DNA from: Dendrobates tinctorius
Lineage: Eukaryota
DNA: 64,000 nt
Direction of reading: 5' to 3'
NCBI RefSeq assembly: GCF_039654945.1
Contig: NW_027361917.1
Location: 4,650,001-4,714,000 of the forward strand
Numbering within the stretch: the first letter of the stretch is position 1; the number at the start of each line of letters is the position of its first letter. This document shows, piece by piece, positions 26,074 through 39,689 of the stretch. The notes under the pieces are model-generated. The model was not told the origin of the DNA, searched no databases, and worked only from the letters and a program-made list of their open reading frames with translations. The translations under genes and the position numbers were made by a program.

Positions 26074-26741
26074 TTAAGCGACAGACAGGTGGAAAAGATT
26101 CAGATAGCGATGACATCTTGCAATATGTTGGGCTTAGAGACGAGATAAGGGATGGCACATCAGGTGCATGACATAATGTTACTGGCGGACCAGCACTAAT
26201 ATCACTATCAAACATATAACTTTATACCAATAACAGCTCACTAAAACTGAAGATATTCGTCATCCTATATTTTGCACCCTTGATATCTGAAAGGTCACCA
26301 GCACATGTCGGGGACACCATGTGGCCCACAACCCCCCACCGTGAGGCTAATCATAGAAGCCGTAGGTATCTAAACAATGACATGTCCTTATTTCCTCCAT
26401 ATGAAATATTGTAATAGTGACTTAAGGGAGGCTTCCGGCTGTCACTTATAGTTGAATGTGGCTCACAAGTTCTACAAAGATTGGTATCTCTACTATATCT
26501 CATATCCAGAGTTTGGATTCTACTTTGTACAAGAGTTATATTAATACATCAATGCAGAAAGACCAGGAAAGCACCCAGTGATAAAGTCGCTTTTTCCATA
26601 CAGTCATGTACACTTGTGACTGTTGAGGCTGGAGGACCGCCAGACAGCTAACTTGTGTATGCAAGATAAAGCAGTGTGCATACCGCGGGGACCCACACGC
26701 CAACATGTCCATTCACTACTGCAACAACTGGCATAGTTATA

Positions 26742-27545
26742 CAGGGTGGGCCATTTATATGGATACACCTAAATAAAATGGGAATGGTTGGTGATATCAA
26801 CTTCCTGTTTGTGGCACATTAGTATATGGGAGGGGGGAAATTTTTCAAGATGGGTGGTGACCATAGCGGCCATTTTGAAGTCAGCCATTTTGGATCCAAC
26901 TTTATTTTTTCCAATGGGAAGAGGGTCATGTGACACATCAAACTTATTGAGAATTTCACAAGAAAAACAATGGTGTGCTTGGTTTTACCGTAACTTTATT
27001 CTTTCATGAGTTATTTACAAGTTTATGACCACTTATAAAATGTGTTCAAAGTGCTGCCCATTGTGTTGGATTGTCAATGCAACCCTCTTCTCCCACTCTT
27101 GACACACTGATAGCAACACCACAGAAGAAATGCTAGCACAGGCTTCCAGTATCCATTGTTTCAGATGCTGCACATCTCGTGTCTTCACAGCACAGACAAT
27201 TGCCTTTAGATGACCCCAAAGATAAAAGTCTAAGAGGGTCAGATCAGGAGACCTTGGTGGCCATTCAACTAGCCCACGACGACCAATCCACTTTCCAGGA
27301 AACTGTTCATGTAGGAATGCTTGGACCTGACACCCATAATTGATGGTATGGTGTGGTATATGGTGTACAAAGATAGTGGGGGCCATTCTTCATCAATGGA
27401 AACCTCAATGCCACTGGTTATCTGAAATTGGTACATGATGATGTGTTGCCCTCTTTATGCACTGAAGATGGCACATTCCCTGAGTTTTTCCAGCAAGATG
27501 GTGCACCACCACATTATGGGTGTCAGGTCCGAGCATTCCTACAAG
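26742..27545 (-). mobile_element. Rearranged DD41D (rosa/Visitor-type) Tc1/mariner element
   Basis: TA-cagggtgggcca terminus. Minus-strand WIGRRGLVEWPPRSPDLTLLDFYLWG plus inverted plus-strand FFQQDGAPPHYGCQVRAFL; the joined D-to-D spacing is 41. Confidence 0.85.
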
Positions 27546-27599
27546 GAATCTGACCCCCTTAGACTAGCATTTCTTCTGCACGTCACGAATCCCGCCCAT

Positions 27600-29188
27600 C
27601 ACATGACCACGCGTCGCTGATGGGTTGGCATAACAACGCACGGTGTGCAGCAGACCCCTGTGGTTGTCATTTTCAGATTGCTATGAGTGCCTCGCAGCGG
27701 TTGGCACTCACAGGAAGTGAGCATTTCTGCTACACACAGATGATCTGATCATTGCCTGTGTGTATCAGAGGCGATCAGAAGATTACAGCTTCTAGTATCC
27801 CATGGAGACTATTGAAGCAAGTGAAGAGTGAAAAATAAGTTTTTAAAAATATTAGAAAAAAAAAAGTTCAAATGACCCCCCCATTCAAAATAAAACAATT
27901 AAAATAAAAAAAAACACATATTTGGTATCGCCACGTTCAGAATTGCCCGATCTATCAAGATATAAAAAGAATTAATCCGATCGGTAAACAGCATAGCGTA
28001 AAAAAAGTCAAAACAACATAATCACAGTTTCTCGGTCTCTGTAACATTGCATTAAAATGCAATAACGGGCGATCAAAAGATCGTATCTGCACCAAAATGG
28101 TATCAATAAAAACTTCAGCTTGGCACACAAAAAAATAAGCCTTCACCAAACCCAAGATGGCAAAAAATGGAGACGCTACGGGTGTCGGAAAATTACGCTT
28201 TTTTTAACAAACTGGATTTTTTTTTTTTTACCACTTAAAGGGAATCTGTCACCCCATTTTAGCCTTATCAGCTGCTGGCACCACCATCAGGGGCTTATAT
28301 ACAGCATTCTGTAATGCTGTAGATAAGTCCCCGATGTAACCTGAAAGATAAGAAAAACGAGTTAGATTATACTCACCCTGGCGTCCGGTCCGGTCCAATG
28401 GGTGTCGGGGTCCGGTCCGGCGCCTCCCATCTTCATACGATGCCGTCCTCCTTCTTATTCTGCCACGGCTCCTGCGCAGGCGCACTTTATCTGCCCTGTT
28501 GAGGGCATGAGGACAGAGCAGAGTACTGCAGTGCGCAGGCGCCGGACCTCTCTGACCTTTCCTGGTGCCTGCGCACTGCAGTACTTTACTCTGCCCTCAA
28601 CAGGGCAGAGAAAGTACGCCTGCACCGGAGCAGAAGTAAAAAGGAGGACGTCATCGCTAGAAGATGGGAGGTGCCGGACCGCGACACCCACCGCCCCCGC
28701 CCCCTGGTGAGTATAATATAACTTGTTCTTCTTATCTTTCAGGTTTCATAAGGGGCTTATCTACAGCATTACAGAATGCTGTAGATAAGCCCCTGATGGC
28801 GGTGGCTGCAGCTGATTGGGCTAAAACGGGGTGACAGATTCCCTTTAAATAAAAAAGAACCTAGACATGTTTGGTATCTACGAACTTGTAATGATCTGAA
28901 GAATCATAATGGAAGTTCAGTTTTAGCATTTGATGAACATGGTAAAAAAAAAAAACAGTTGTGGAATTGCACTTTTTTTGAAACTTCACCGCACTTGGAA
29001 TTTTTTTCCTGTTTTCCAGTACACGTTATGGTAAAACCAATGGTGTCGTTCAAAAGTACAACCTGTCCCGCAAAAAACAAGCCCTCACATGGCCATATTA
29101 ACGAAAAAATAAAAAAGTTATGGCTCTGGGAAGAAGGGGAGCGAAAAACAGAAACGCAAAAATGAAAAAGTGCTGCGGTGTGAAGGGG
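27600..29188. mobile_element. Non-autonomous piggyBac-like element (one end visible)
   Basis: Ends tgaagggg-TTAA; a related copy in the opposite orientation starts at 32876. Left boundary approximate. Confidence 0.6.
28239..28844. mobile_element. Kolobok/T2-type palindromic MITE nested in the piggyBac-like element
   Basis: TTAA-agggaatctgtcacccc...ggggtgacagattccct-TTAA with long inverted arms. Confidence 0.92.
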
Positions 29189-31363
29189 TTAAATAAAATC
29201 TTCCATCGAACGGTGCTCAGTGTTATGTGACATTCAAAGGATGAAGCAGCTCCTAGTCATGCAATGAGCACGGAGATCAACCTTTTTACAGAAATACGGA
29301 GACCTAAAACAAATAATAAAAAAAAGACTGTTTTATACGTGACACAGGGTGCAGTCAGACACCTGTATAAATCGGACTGAGGTTGGGCCGCCAAACACGG
29401 ACTCACCGGTGACTGTCCACCCGAGCGTGAGAGCTTCATATATTACTATACAGCTGTCACGGTCAGGGGAGCCACGGCCAGTACGAGCACTGCGGTCTGA
29501 TTTATCCGGCCGTCTGACTGCGCCCTTACAGCCATAAGAATAGGTAGGTAATATTTTAGGATTTACATGTGGGAACGGGAAACGCTCTGTATACTTTAGA
29601 GTGTATGAATAATATTGGAGCAAAATTTCTATCAAAAGGGTGGAAATTTCCTTGAGAGAAGAAATGTATGGCAGGAGTCCAGCCCAATTCAGAGCGCTCC
29701 AAGAGTAACGGGAGCCAAGCTCAATTCTACCCTCAACAGCTCAGCACAACTTCAGCCCACAACATCTAGTAGCCTCAAAGGTTTGACTGAAGTTCACAAA
29801 CAGAATCACCTTTTATGCCGAGGTCACCGGGACCCTGAGCACGGCGGGAAGGTGCAGAGCGCTCTAGGGAGACACTTGTTTTTCTTAAAAATAGTGCGGC
29901 CAGCTGACATTGTGTGTGCAGAGCTATAGCTGCAGCTGCCATAAAGTCCATCCAGAGGGAATTCTCACTTTTAATAATGTTCCATTGTATTCCCCAAATT
30001 GCTAACATTTGCAAGTAGCAGGTGCAGAACCACAGAAGTTGGCTATAGGAGGCGGCATATATGCTAAGCACAGAAACTGAACACGCTTCAAATGGAACAG
30101 AATACTCCGAAAACTCTTTGAAAGACGGAATCTAGAGCAGAGAACTCCTCTATCCACCCCGGACTTTCCGTGAAATTTCCATTACATCAGATTCTATGTA
30201 AAATGGCCATTTCCTTTAACTATTAAAGAGGACCTTTCAGCATATTTTTCATGATGAACTGGACACACGATGTAATAAATGCAATGCGGAATAAAATGTT
30301 TTTCCTTTTAAATTCATCGCTCCATTGTGGAGATATGAGCAATCAAAGTATTTGGTACCTAATGAGTCAACTTTTTTTTTTTTAAGCCAATCTGGGTGTT
30401 AACAGACAATTTTCACTGGGGCCGGGCACGTCTTCCCCTTGTATGATGTTGACCGTTTATAAGCAGGCAACACTCAAAGGAAAATGAAGAACACGGCCCC
30501 ATCATGGCTGAGAGCAGGTTTCTCAGTGTGTTAGACAAAGTGTGATTACGGACACACTAAATAATCAGGAGAGCTGATAGAAGCCTTTGAAATGTGACAC
30601 AGCTAAACTCAGCCATACTGCTCCTCCCCACATTGACTCAGGCAGGAGGTTAGGACAGGAGATCAGGGCTGTATCATTACATCTCACACACTGAGAATAC
30701 TGCTGTAGGCTACAATATGGAAGAGTTCTTTCCTTTGAGTGTTGCTGTCCGCTTATGATTGGTCAACACATTAGGATAGGTTCCCAGCACAGAGGATCGC
30801 CTTGTTGTTGGATGCTGGGCATGCATGAATTGGCCAATTTACGTGCTAAGTATCTTTGTTTTTTAATATTTTCAACAGAAGTAATGCAATTCAAATTTCA
30901 TATATTCCATGTTTATATGCTGTAGCACTTAAAGAGTGCAGCTTTGTTAGTTATGTATGGAGATGGCTACTTTTAGTATGTACCTGTTCCGACCAGTATT
31001 CTGTTTGGAAGTAATGGTCAGGTTTTTGATATTTATATAACTATTACATCCTTTGTCCAGTTCAACACAAAAAAGTGGTAAAAGGTCCGGTTTGAGTATT
31101 TAAATGCTTTAGACCAGTCTTCATGATTGCTCTACTCCTGGCATTTTATCAATACACAGATTAGACTTCATGTTCCCACTAGGAACAAGCTACATTCTGG
31201 ACATCAGAGTGGATCGCCATGCGCCTGCTTTGGGATCCCTAGGGAACAGGGCCTACACTAAACAGCTTGGTGATACACTCAATAACTTTTCATGCTTTTG
31301 CCCCTATAAACTCTTTACAGGTCCTTATGGAGTTAACACTAGATGTATAATTCCACGTGCTGT

Positions 31364-31382
31364 TGGCGCCCCCTAGTGGTGC
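31364..31382 (-). promoter_or_regulatory. Candidate CTCF site
   Basis: Minus strand gcaCCACTAGGGGGCGCca closely matches the CTCF core. Confidence 0.6.
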
Positions 31383-31895
31383 CAGCATACTGCTGAAAAT
31401 CTATAAGTCACTCACATCCTTGTTTAGGAAAGCAAGGGATGTTTGCAATTGAATTCTTTATCAGGAAATAAAGCTCCAAGCACTTTACAGTCATATTATA
31501 CGATTACTCAACTCCCTGCTTAGGAAGTAAATCGTAAGGGTGGACATTATATATAATAAAGTGGTCCTCTCAAGTCCGGAAGTCTAGCTAGCCATCAGTC
31601 ACACGTCACTCCCTTTCTTTGTCTGCAGAGGTGATCAATTTAGCAGAGTTCTTAGGAGGAAATAGATGCCATTTATGTTTTGCTACGGTCGCTGACGATT
31701 TGTGTATACCCCCATCTCCTCTGGACATCATTCAGATATTGCATATGCAGTGTTACAATCATGGGTCTGAACGAGGCACAAGATAAACCGTCCCCAGATG
31801 GTTATACAGATGTGATCGCCTCATTGTGTCTCCAATCCAACAAGAGCTCAATAGCATAAGGATGATCTACAGAATTACCATGGACCTGCACGTAC

Positions 31896-32082
31896 CCCAG
31901 GCGGCTGATCTTGGAGGACGTCTTGGACCTTGTCATCACCGAGACCAAGCTGAAGCCACACGGGATGAGTGTTGAGAAGTTTATCCAAGATGCTGGGCTT
32001 GCAGGCAACGCTTTCATACCCTGAGTCGCGGAGAAAAGCTTTCTTTTCGACCAAGACATTCTTCTCCATCTCCTTTTCAATG
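31896..32082 (-). CDS. RIN2: RIN2 coding exon (RDSGYES...SILDKLLNTHPVWLQL...QPPG; start of SH2 domain)
   Basis: 187 bp, acceptor tttacacag and donor GGG|gtacgt, phase 2 to 0. In frame with both neighbouring exons; contains the RIN-family THPVWLQL motif. Confidence 0.95.
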
Positions 32083-32741
32083 CTGTGTAAAGAAATAGCA
32101 AACATTCAAGTTTGTCTCTGGGGTTCTCAAAATGACTATTACACCCAGTGTCGTACTTCTGACTCCCCATCTAATCTAACCAGGGTGGACGTTCCATTAT
32201 AATGCATTTCTGAGGGTCCGGTGCCAGACAGAAACATGAGTTAGCATTGGAGCAAATTCTGGGTTTTTTCTTGTTTTTTTTTACACTTGATCTGGGCTTG
32301 ATCTGATGTCAGGTGGTGTTCTGACATTTCGGCAATGGAGTGCATGCTTTATCCTATCATTGTAGCTGAGTCTTTGACATTAATGTGCACCAATGAGTTC
32401 ATCCTGCTTGTGGTCCAGGGAGCACTAATCATGTCTCAGGTTCATTTTCATGGTCTTTAATGAATTTCGCTTTTACCCCTTTACCCCAGACTATTTGCAT
32501 AGAGTACCCTGAAAGCCTAATGTGTTCTTTATAGATGAATGTTTTATACGAGTGTTGCTGTCTGACCAAGCGCACATTCCAGAGCACTGCCAAGATGTGA
32601 TACCATAAAGAGTGGGTGAGTGTCCTTAAAATAGGGAAAACAGCCGCAGGGAGGAGTCAGACAGAAGGCGCTGAACCTTGTACAGACGCTGCCAACCCCC
32701 CTGCACTCACAGCTTTGCATGCAATACCTTATCCGGCTGTC

Positions 32742-32760
32742 TATCGCCATCTAGTGGGCA
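32742..32760 (-). promoter_or_regulatory. Candidate CTCF site
   Basis: Minus strand tgcCCACTAGATGGCGata matches the CTCF core. Confidence 0.5.
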
Positions 32761-32875
32761 CTCTGATCATCTCCCTTGTGGAAATGGGATCACTTTAAAT
32801 TTGTGTTTTTGCAAATATTAAACTTTTGCACATTATCCATTTTTTAAAAGATCATTGTATTTGTGGGTCACTTAA

Positions 32876-33390
32876 CCCCTTCATGACACAGCGATTTTCC
32901 ATATTTGTGTTTTCGGTTTTTGTTCCCCTTCTTCCAAGAGTCATAACGTTTTTTTTCTTACTTTTTCCGCTGATGTAGCCATATGAAGGACTGTTTTAGG
33001 CGGAAAAGTTGCCGTTTTGAATGACACTGTTCACTTTACAATCTAAAAACCTCAAGTGGGGTAAATTAGTGAAGGAACATTCCAGCATTGTTTTTGGGGT
33101 GTTTTAAAGGCAGTAATTATACAGTAAAATGACCTGGCATTAGGACTTTGAAGATCCCAAGCTACCAAACTTGTAAGGTTTTTTTTTTTTTTATTTAGTG
33201 GTAAAAAAACTATGTAAAATAAAAAATAAAAAAAACTGTGGGCTTATGTCAGCATTTTCTAAGAAATGTCTTTATTTTTACACACATGGAGCTGTGTGAT
33301 GGCTTACTTTGTATGTGCCGAGCTGACATTTTTATCAATACCAGTTTGGGATACATTTGGTCTTTTGATCACTTTTTATTGCATTCTTGC
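32876..33390. mobile_element. piggyBac-like non-autonomous end fragment
   Basis: TTAA-ccccttcatgac start; reverse-complement similarity to the 28850-29188 segment. Confidence 0.6.
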
Positions 33391-34903
33391 CTAGATGCAT
33401 TCTTGCCTAGATGTACATTTACAGTATATGGTTGAAAAGTGACTAATCTGATTTGATAGATAATGTGATACATAGACAATCTACAAGTTATTTTGAAACT
33501 ACCACAACTTAAACTTTTTTACCCGGAAAAAAAGTGACTCCTAAGTAGCGACAACTAAAGGAATGTGCAGACGACGTCCTAGTGTCTGTTTATCCTGCTT
33601 CTGCTCTACTGTCAAGCTTCATATAGGTATAATATAGAGGCAAGATATCAGCTCTGGGCAGAAACCTCAGGCCAATGGCTGGAGCTAGAAAGCTATGGTG
33701 CTTGCAGAATGCAGAAGAGTCACCAACCATTCAAAAAGAATGGATGACAAGTTACAGAACATCAGAACTGGAACAGCTGCTGAATATAATAGACGTGTGT
33801 GCACTAAAACTACGGTAGGTTTAATTATTGGAGACAAAGGCAACAGGACTATTTGTTACAGGACTTATTTAAAGTTGTACTTTAAATAATGTTTCATGTC
33901 TTTCCAGAGGAGTCATTAGGCCTATTCCTGGTCTTTACCAATCCAATCAGTCTATTATAGAAGTTGCATTCTAAGGGCTTAGTCACAAATTAGTATTTGG
34001 TCAGTATTTTGCGCAGTGTTTGTTCTCCAAAACTCCTGGTTTTGGCATAAATACACTAATGAAATACTGATGTGAATAAAGCCTAAAGCGCAACCTGCAT
34101 TCTGCCATCAGACTCATGGAGGTCTGCTCAGAAATCTCATATCACAACGTGTTTTTCTCTATTACCCATTTTCTTTTGCTTATAAAGGCCAATATTCAGA
34201 ATAATAAGTATGAACACGTAACACATATTTAAATCCCTAATAAATATATCTCCCCACACTGCAACTTGGTGACACTATAAAAATAAAGCCTGAGGCTGCA
34301 CTAATGAGATACTAGTGACAGCCTAAGGGATACAAGTCTATGGGTGCGTGTAAAACATCCGACTGCACTCAGATGTCATCAGAGTGCAGTGCGTTTACTG
34401 TGGGTGATGGTAATGGAGAGCTAGAGAAATTAATGTCTTCGTGCTGTGATTCTCTCATGTGAGAGATTCAGAGCACAGAGCACTGCCACTCAGCAGAGCA
34501 GGAGCCGAGGGTCATTAGCAGATCATATCCGATGCCATACGCTAGTGTGACCCCGGCCTTACAAAACAGACATGGTGTGGGCAGCTTTGCCCTCTCCTGA
34601 TCATTACTGTTCAGAGGCTGAACACATCCATATATATCGGCAGCTTTTACCAACTCCTGTATGAATAATTCCGTCGCTGACCTCGAGGCCCTTCCTGAGC
34701 AGCCAAGTGTCCGGTGTCTTCTAATCCCACCTCTCTGCACGGACATCTCTTCACATGGGACAGTGGATAATTCAGGGGCCATCAGAGACGTCCATGAAGC
34801 CTGGTTTATCAGGGTTTGCCACCAAGGTCGGGCTAAAGAAACGCCCAGCAGACATTTCTTGGAAATGAATTTACATGCTGAATGAGAGTCGTTATCTTTA
34901 TAA

Positions 34904-35620
34904 GGCCGGTTTCACACGTCCTGATATTTCCAGTACCGGAGACATCAGTGTCCGTGTGTGTACTACGTGTGGCAACAGTGTGCCGCATCAGTACCACATG
35001 GACAGCCACCGGGGAAGAAGCGCTACAGTTAGCGATGTTCCCCGGCGGCAGGTGCTGAAGCCGGCTCTCATTCTCCCCTGCCCTGTCGGCGGCTGTCTGA
35101 GAGGGGAGCGGGCACCGGGGAGTCCGCGGGTGAGTGTTGGCGCCCAAGGCTGGGGGACACGGCTGGTGTCTGGCTCCAGGTGAGAGGGGAGCACACAGCG
35201 GAGGATACCATGAGGGCTCCAGCTGCTGGAGCTCTGAACCGGGCTCCTCCATCGCTGCTGTGAGTCATGAAGTCCTGCAGACGGGGCAGAGCCGGGCGCG
35301 GACACGCTGAGCTCTGTGCCAGGAATTCCTGGAGGAAATCTCCCAGCGGCAGAGCAGGGGAGAATGGCAGCCATCATCATCACCTGCTGCCGGGGAAGAG
35401 CGCTTACAGTAGCGCTTCTTCCCTGGCGGCCATCCGTGCACACGGAGGACAGTGTGCACTGTTCTCCGTGTGCAGCACATTTTGCGGCCCGTGTGTCAGG
35501 GTGAAAACAGACATGTCTGTGCGTTTTGCACATGGACACACGGTCTATGAAAACACGCTGACATGTGCATAGACCCATTCATTTGAATGAGTCTACGTGT
35601 GTCAGTGTCTCCGGTACGTG
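34904..35620. mobile_element. Harbinger-type MITE, right end eroded
   Basis: TAA-ggccggtttcacacg start; internal inverted repeats (ccggggaagaagcgctac / gtagcgcttcttccctgg; accggagacatc / gtgtctccggt). Confidence 0.7.
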
Positions 35621-38600
35621 TGGTGTCAGTTTTGTGCTGTCAGGTATGCTGTATTACTGCCAACACTCATAGATATGTCCAGAAATGTCTCTCTAGCCCC
35701 TATACATTGCTATGAAAGCAGTTTAAAGGGATCAAAAACGCTGACAGGTCCCTTTTAAATGATCTCAGTTGTTACAGAAAAAATTGCAAATCAATAATGC
35801 AGAAAGACTATATGAAACCTTGTCTGATATCTTCTCAGATAAATATACTTTCTCCACTTATGAGCCACTTTTCTCTCCTCTGCATCCTGAATTCCTATTT
35901 ATTCACTGTGAATATCCGACATCCAGGACTAACATCACATTACAGCTGGGGTGCCCGGAACTGGTAGCACTTTGGACACAGCGTATGTTCGATGCGTCCC
36001 AAGTGCTCCCGGATATTGAACGCAGGTGAATCCACATGTGATCACTGAACCGTGCAGATTCACTGTGCCCAATACATTCTATGGGTGACATTTCTCTTGA
36101 GGAGGCTCGCGTCTCCACTGGAGAAATTGACACGCTACGGTCTGGAGAGATGCGCTACGTCAGTCAGTGAGTTGCGGGCATCTCTGGACGCATAGTGGAC
36201 ATGGTATTTTTTAAAATCCCATCCACTATGCTGTAACATCTGGACGCTGTGGGTTGGACGCTGCACAAGTACGCAGCGTCCATCCCACAGTGTTTACTGA
36301 TCGTGGGCACCTACCCTAAGGGCTCGCTCACACGATCGTATACATCGGAGGACCGCTATCCAATGTTTTATCGGATAGCACCCAGACCCATGTTATACTA
36401 TGGGGCAGTGCAGATCTGCTATTTTTTTTTTCTCATGCCGAATCAGCATGAGAAAAAAAATCACAACATACTGCTAATGGCTCCGCAAATTGGAGTACGA
36501 GCACCCACACAAGTTTATGGGTGTGTGTGAAACATCAAACTGCACTCGGATGTCATTTGAGTGCAGTTTCATTTACATGGACGCAGACAATGGAGAAGGA
36601 GAAATTATGTTCTACATCTTCTCCATACCTGTGATATGATTCTCTCATGTAAGGGAATGTGATCACAGAAAAATGATGAGTGTCATTTCTGTAATCGAGT
36701 CTATTATCTCACATTAGAGAACTATTGCTCTTATGACCCTGGCATAAGTGGCAGAGTAAACAGACAGACACAGACACACAGCCTATTCCTGCACTGTAGT
36801 AGTGTTTTATCTCATCAGAGCTGGATTCTCTGCTACACAGCACAGTACTGCTTTATAAGCATCCATATTGACACTTCTTTTGAACATGCGCTGCACTGGT
36901 ACAGGGAAGGATACATGTCCATGAGTGCTATCTACAGGGGATAGAATTAGCAGCTAGTTTCTACCAGTTGCTCTGAGACAACTACAAATTAAAGAGATAA
37001 GAGCCTGCAGAGGAGGAAAATAGCACAGGCTGCCAGGTATATAATTGTCAGAATTGTGCTACTTTTCACATACATACATGAAAGCTTGCTCTGAGCAGAC
37101 ACATTACATGACAAGGATGCTTTAAGTAATGATTTGAATTTACTGTATTGTTTTTTGGGTTTTTTTCTTGCTACATTGCCTTTTCATAAAAATGTGTCCC
37201 CTACATATTATCCTTGTGTAAGCAAGACAAAGATGACGGATAAAAGCGCATATCACTGCAGAATCAGACTGCACAAGGTTTGCTTGTTGCCTGTAACCAT
37301 AGAGACTCATAAGCCTGCATCGGGGCTGCAGGAACAAATTGCAGGGAGCACCTCTCTCCTCCTCCCCCTCCATAGAATCTTAAGAGCACCAACTGTCATC
37401 TATCTCACTAATGTTGCCGGACAGATAATGTCCCCTGATTTTCAGGATCCTTTTGATCTATGTCTCTCATAGAGAACAATGAAGCTCTCGACCAAGCCGA
37501 GCATTCACGTGTGTGGGTGAAAGAGAGGATCTTTCATCTGACAGTGATCTGATGTGTATGGGAACAAAGTAAACAGTCCGTCAGTTATCTGTATCCCCTC
37601 TACAGCCTTTCAGAGACCCCCGGCGTATGACACAATGACTTGTCTTCATGTTATCACCCTCCCGCCACAGCCATACTAATAGGTGCGGATATGTGCTCTC
37701 TGCAGTCACTTTCATGGGATTGGGTTTCTTTTTTCCTGCATATATCAGAAGTATTGAATGCATTCCCAAGTGCGCAGAACATCACAAAATGACTAACACC
37801 AAACCTCCTTATCGCTAATTTGAACTTTGGATTCAATTCAGTTAGCAGCGGAAAGGATCAGAGAATAGAGGCGGCCAGGCTGCGGCACTGCGAGGTCGCG
37901 GCAGAGTCTGTGGAAGCAGGATATATAGGATGTCATAGAGCCGCACTGCAGAGCCCGATGGACACACAGGAAGATTAGATTGACCATGTCTATGGCATGT
38001 AATCTCTCACTATTAAACAAGCACAAACAGCCGCACCAAGGCAATGCGCAGGAAGGAAACTGGAGTCTCTGCCATGAAATATTCCAGATAGTCTATTCCC
38101 CATCTAGCGCTTTGGAAAACCCCATAAATCCAGTATTTAAGCAGATTCCGAAGGTTTACTGAATGCACGATGCCAATTAGGAAAGTCCCGCTGTTCTGTA
38201 CTCCTTTACTGACACTTTTCCTGCCACTTATGTGGAGTGCACATATAGGAGGCATTCCGGTATATAAGCACCTATATATCAGGACTTGTATATACTGACG
38301 TGTCCTGTATGCTGCGCTCTGGGATGTGGAGCGTCACCATTGTGTCTGTAGAATGCTTCCTTTATCCCACAGACCGGCACATCCTGTATAACTTTACAAT
38401 TAGAAATATGCAGCTTTGGCGACACAAGTTCTGGGGAAAGAATTAGAACATCAGTGAGAATCTGGAAAACACATTAGAATGGAAAGCTCCGCTCTCATGT
38501 CATCGCCAGCTGGCCAACCACAGCGACATGAAACCTGCTTTTATGTACGGTAACGACGACGGCGTGCCAGCTCCAAGATATTGGTGGTTGGCGCTATAAA

Positions 38601-39129
38601 ATGGAGTTTTCTTAAAGTGCAAGGAGCCCTGCCGCACTGTAAATATAAGTATTGTCTTACCTCCATAGAGCATGAAAGACAGGAAGGGTTACAAACGGAG
38701 TGTCCTTCACTGTAATGCTATAACCTATAGGCAGAGCCAAAACTGAGGTACGTGGGGCCCCTACTGCGCCGTACATGGGGTCACAATTATTCCCATTGAA
38801 CAGAATATCCCATAGGATATGTTAGTCCCACCTTATCAATTTTGGAACTCGTGGAGAGGTAAATGGAGAGATCCACACAACTCTCAATTCCCAAAGGTGA
38901 AAAATGTGGCCCTGAGATAGATGTTGCCTCTAGACCTGGGACCTATCAATCATTTGTGGCATATCCTTTGGACAAGCCATAAAAATCCCGGGCATACCTC
39001 TTTACTGGTCCATCAGAATTTATGGATGGTTACTTTAATCCTAGGAAGGATATCCATCAGTTTCTAAACTAAAGAAATAGAAAGTTGTTCCCCACAATAA
39101 CTATATAATATTTATATGTTATATTTATA

Positions 39130-39683
39130 CAGTTGTTCTCAAAAGTTTACATACCATGGCAGAATTTCTGCTTTCTTGACCTTTTTTTCAGAGACTTTGA
39201 ATGATAACACCAAATCTTTTTTTACCACTCATGGTTAGTGGTTGGGTGAAACCAAGTCACCTGACCTCAATATCATTGAGCCACTCTGGGGAGATCTCAA
39301 GCGCACAGTTCATGCTAGACAGCCCAGGAATTTACAGGAACTGGAGGCTTTTTGCCAAGTAGAGTGAGCAGCTTTACCATCTGAGAAAATAAAGAACCTC
39401 ATCCACAACTACCACAAAAGACTTCAAGCTGTCATTGATGTTAGAGGGGGTAAAACACAATATTAAAAAATGGGGTATGTAATCTTTTGATCAGGGTCAT
39501 TTGGATGTTTTGGGTTATCATTATGATTTAAAAAGAGAAAACACAGTAATTTGACAATAAATGGCTTCACCCAACCACTAACCTTGAGTGGAGGTAAAGT
39601 TTTGGTGTTATCATTCATATTCTCTGAAACAGGCCAAGAAAGCAAAAATTCTGCCGGGGTATGTAAACTTTTGAGAACAACTG
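39130..39683 (+). mobile_element. Internally deleted Tc1 element
   Basis: TA-flanked TIRs cagttgttctcaaaagtttacatacc / ggtatgtaaacttttgagaacaactg; retains a C-terminal SPDLNIIEPLWG fragment. Confidence 0.9.
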
Positions 39684-39689
39684 TACATA

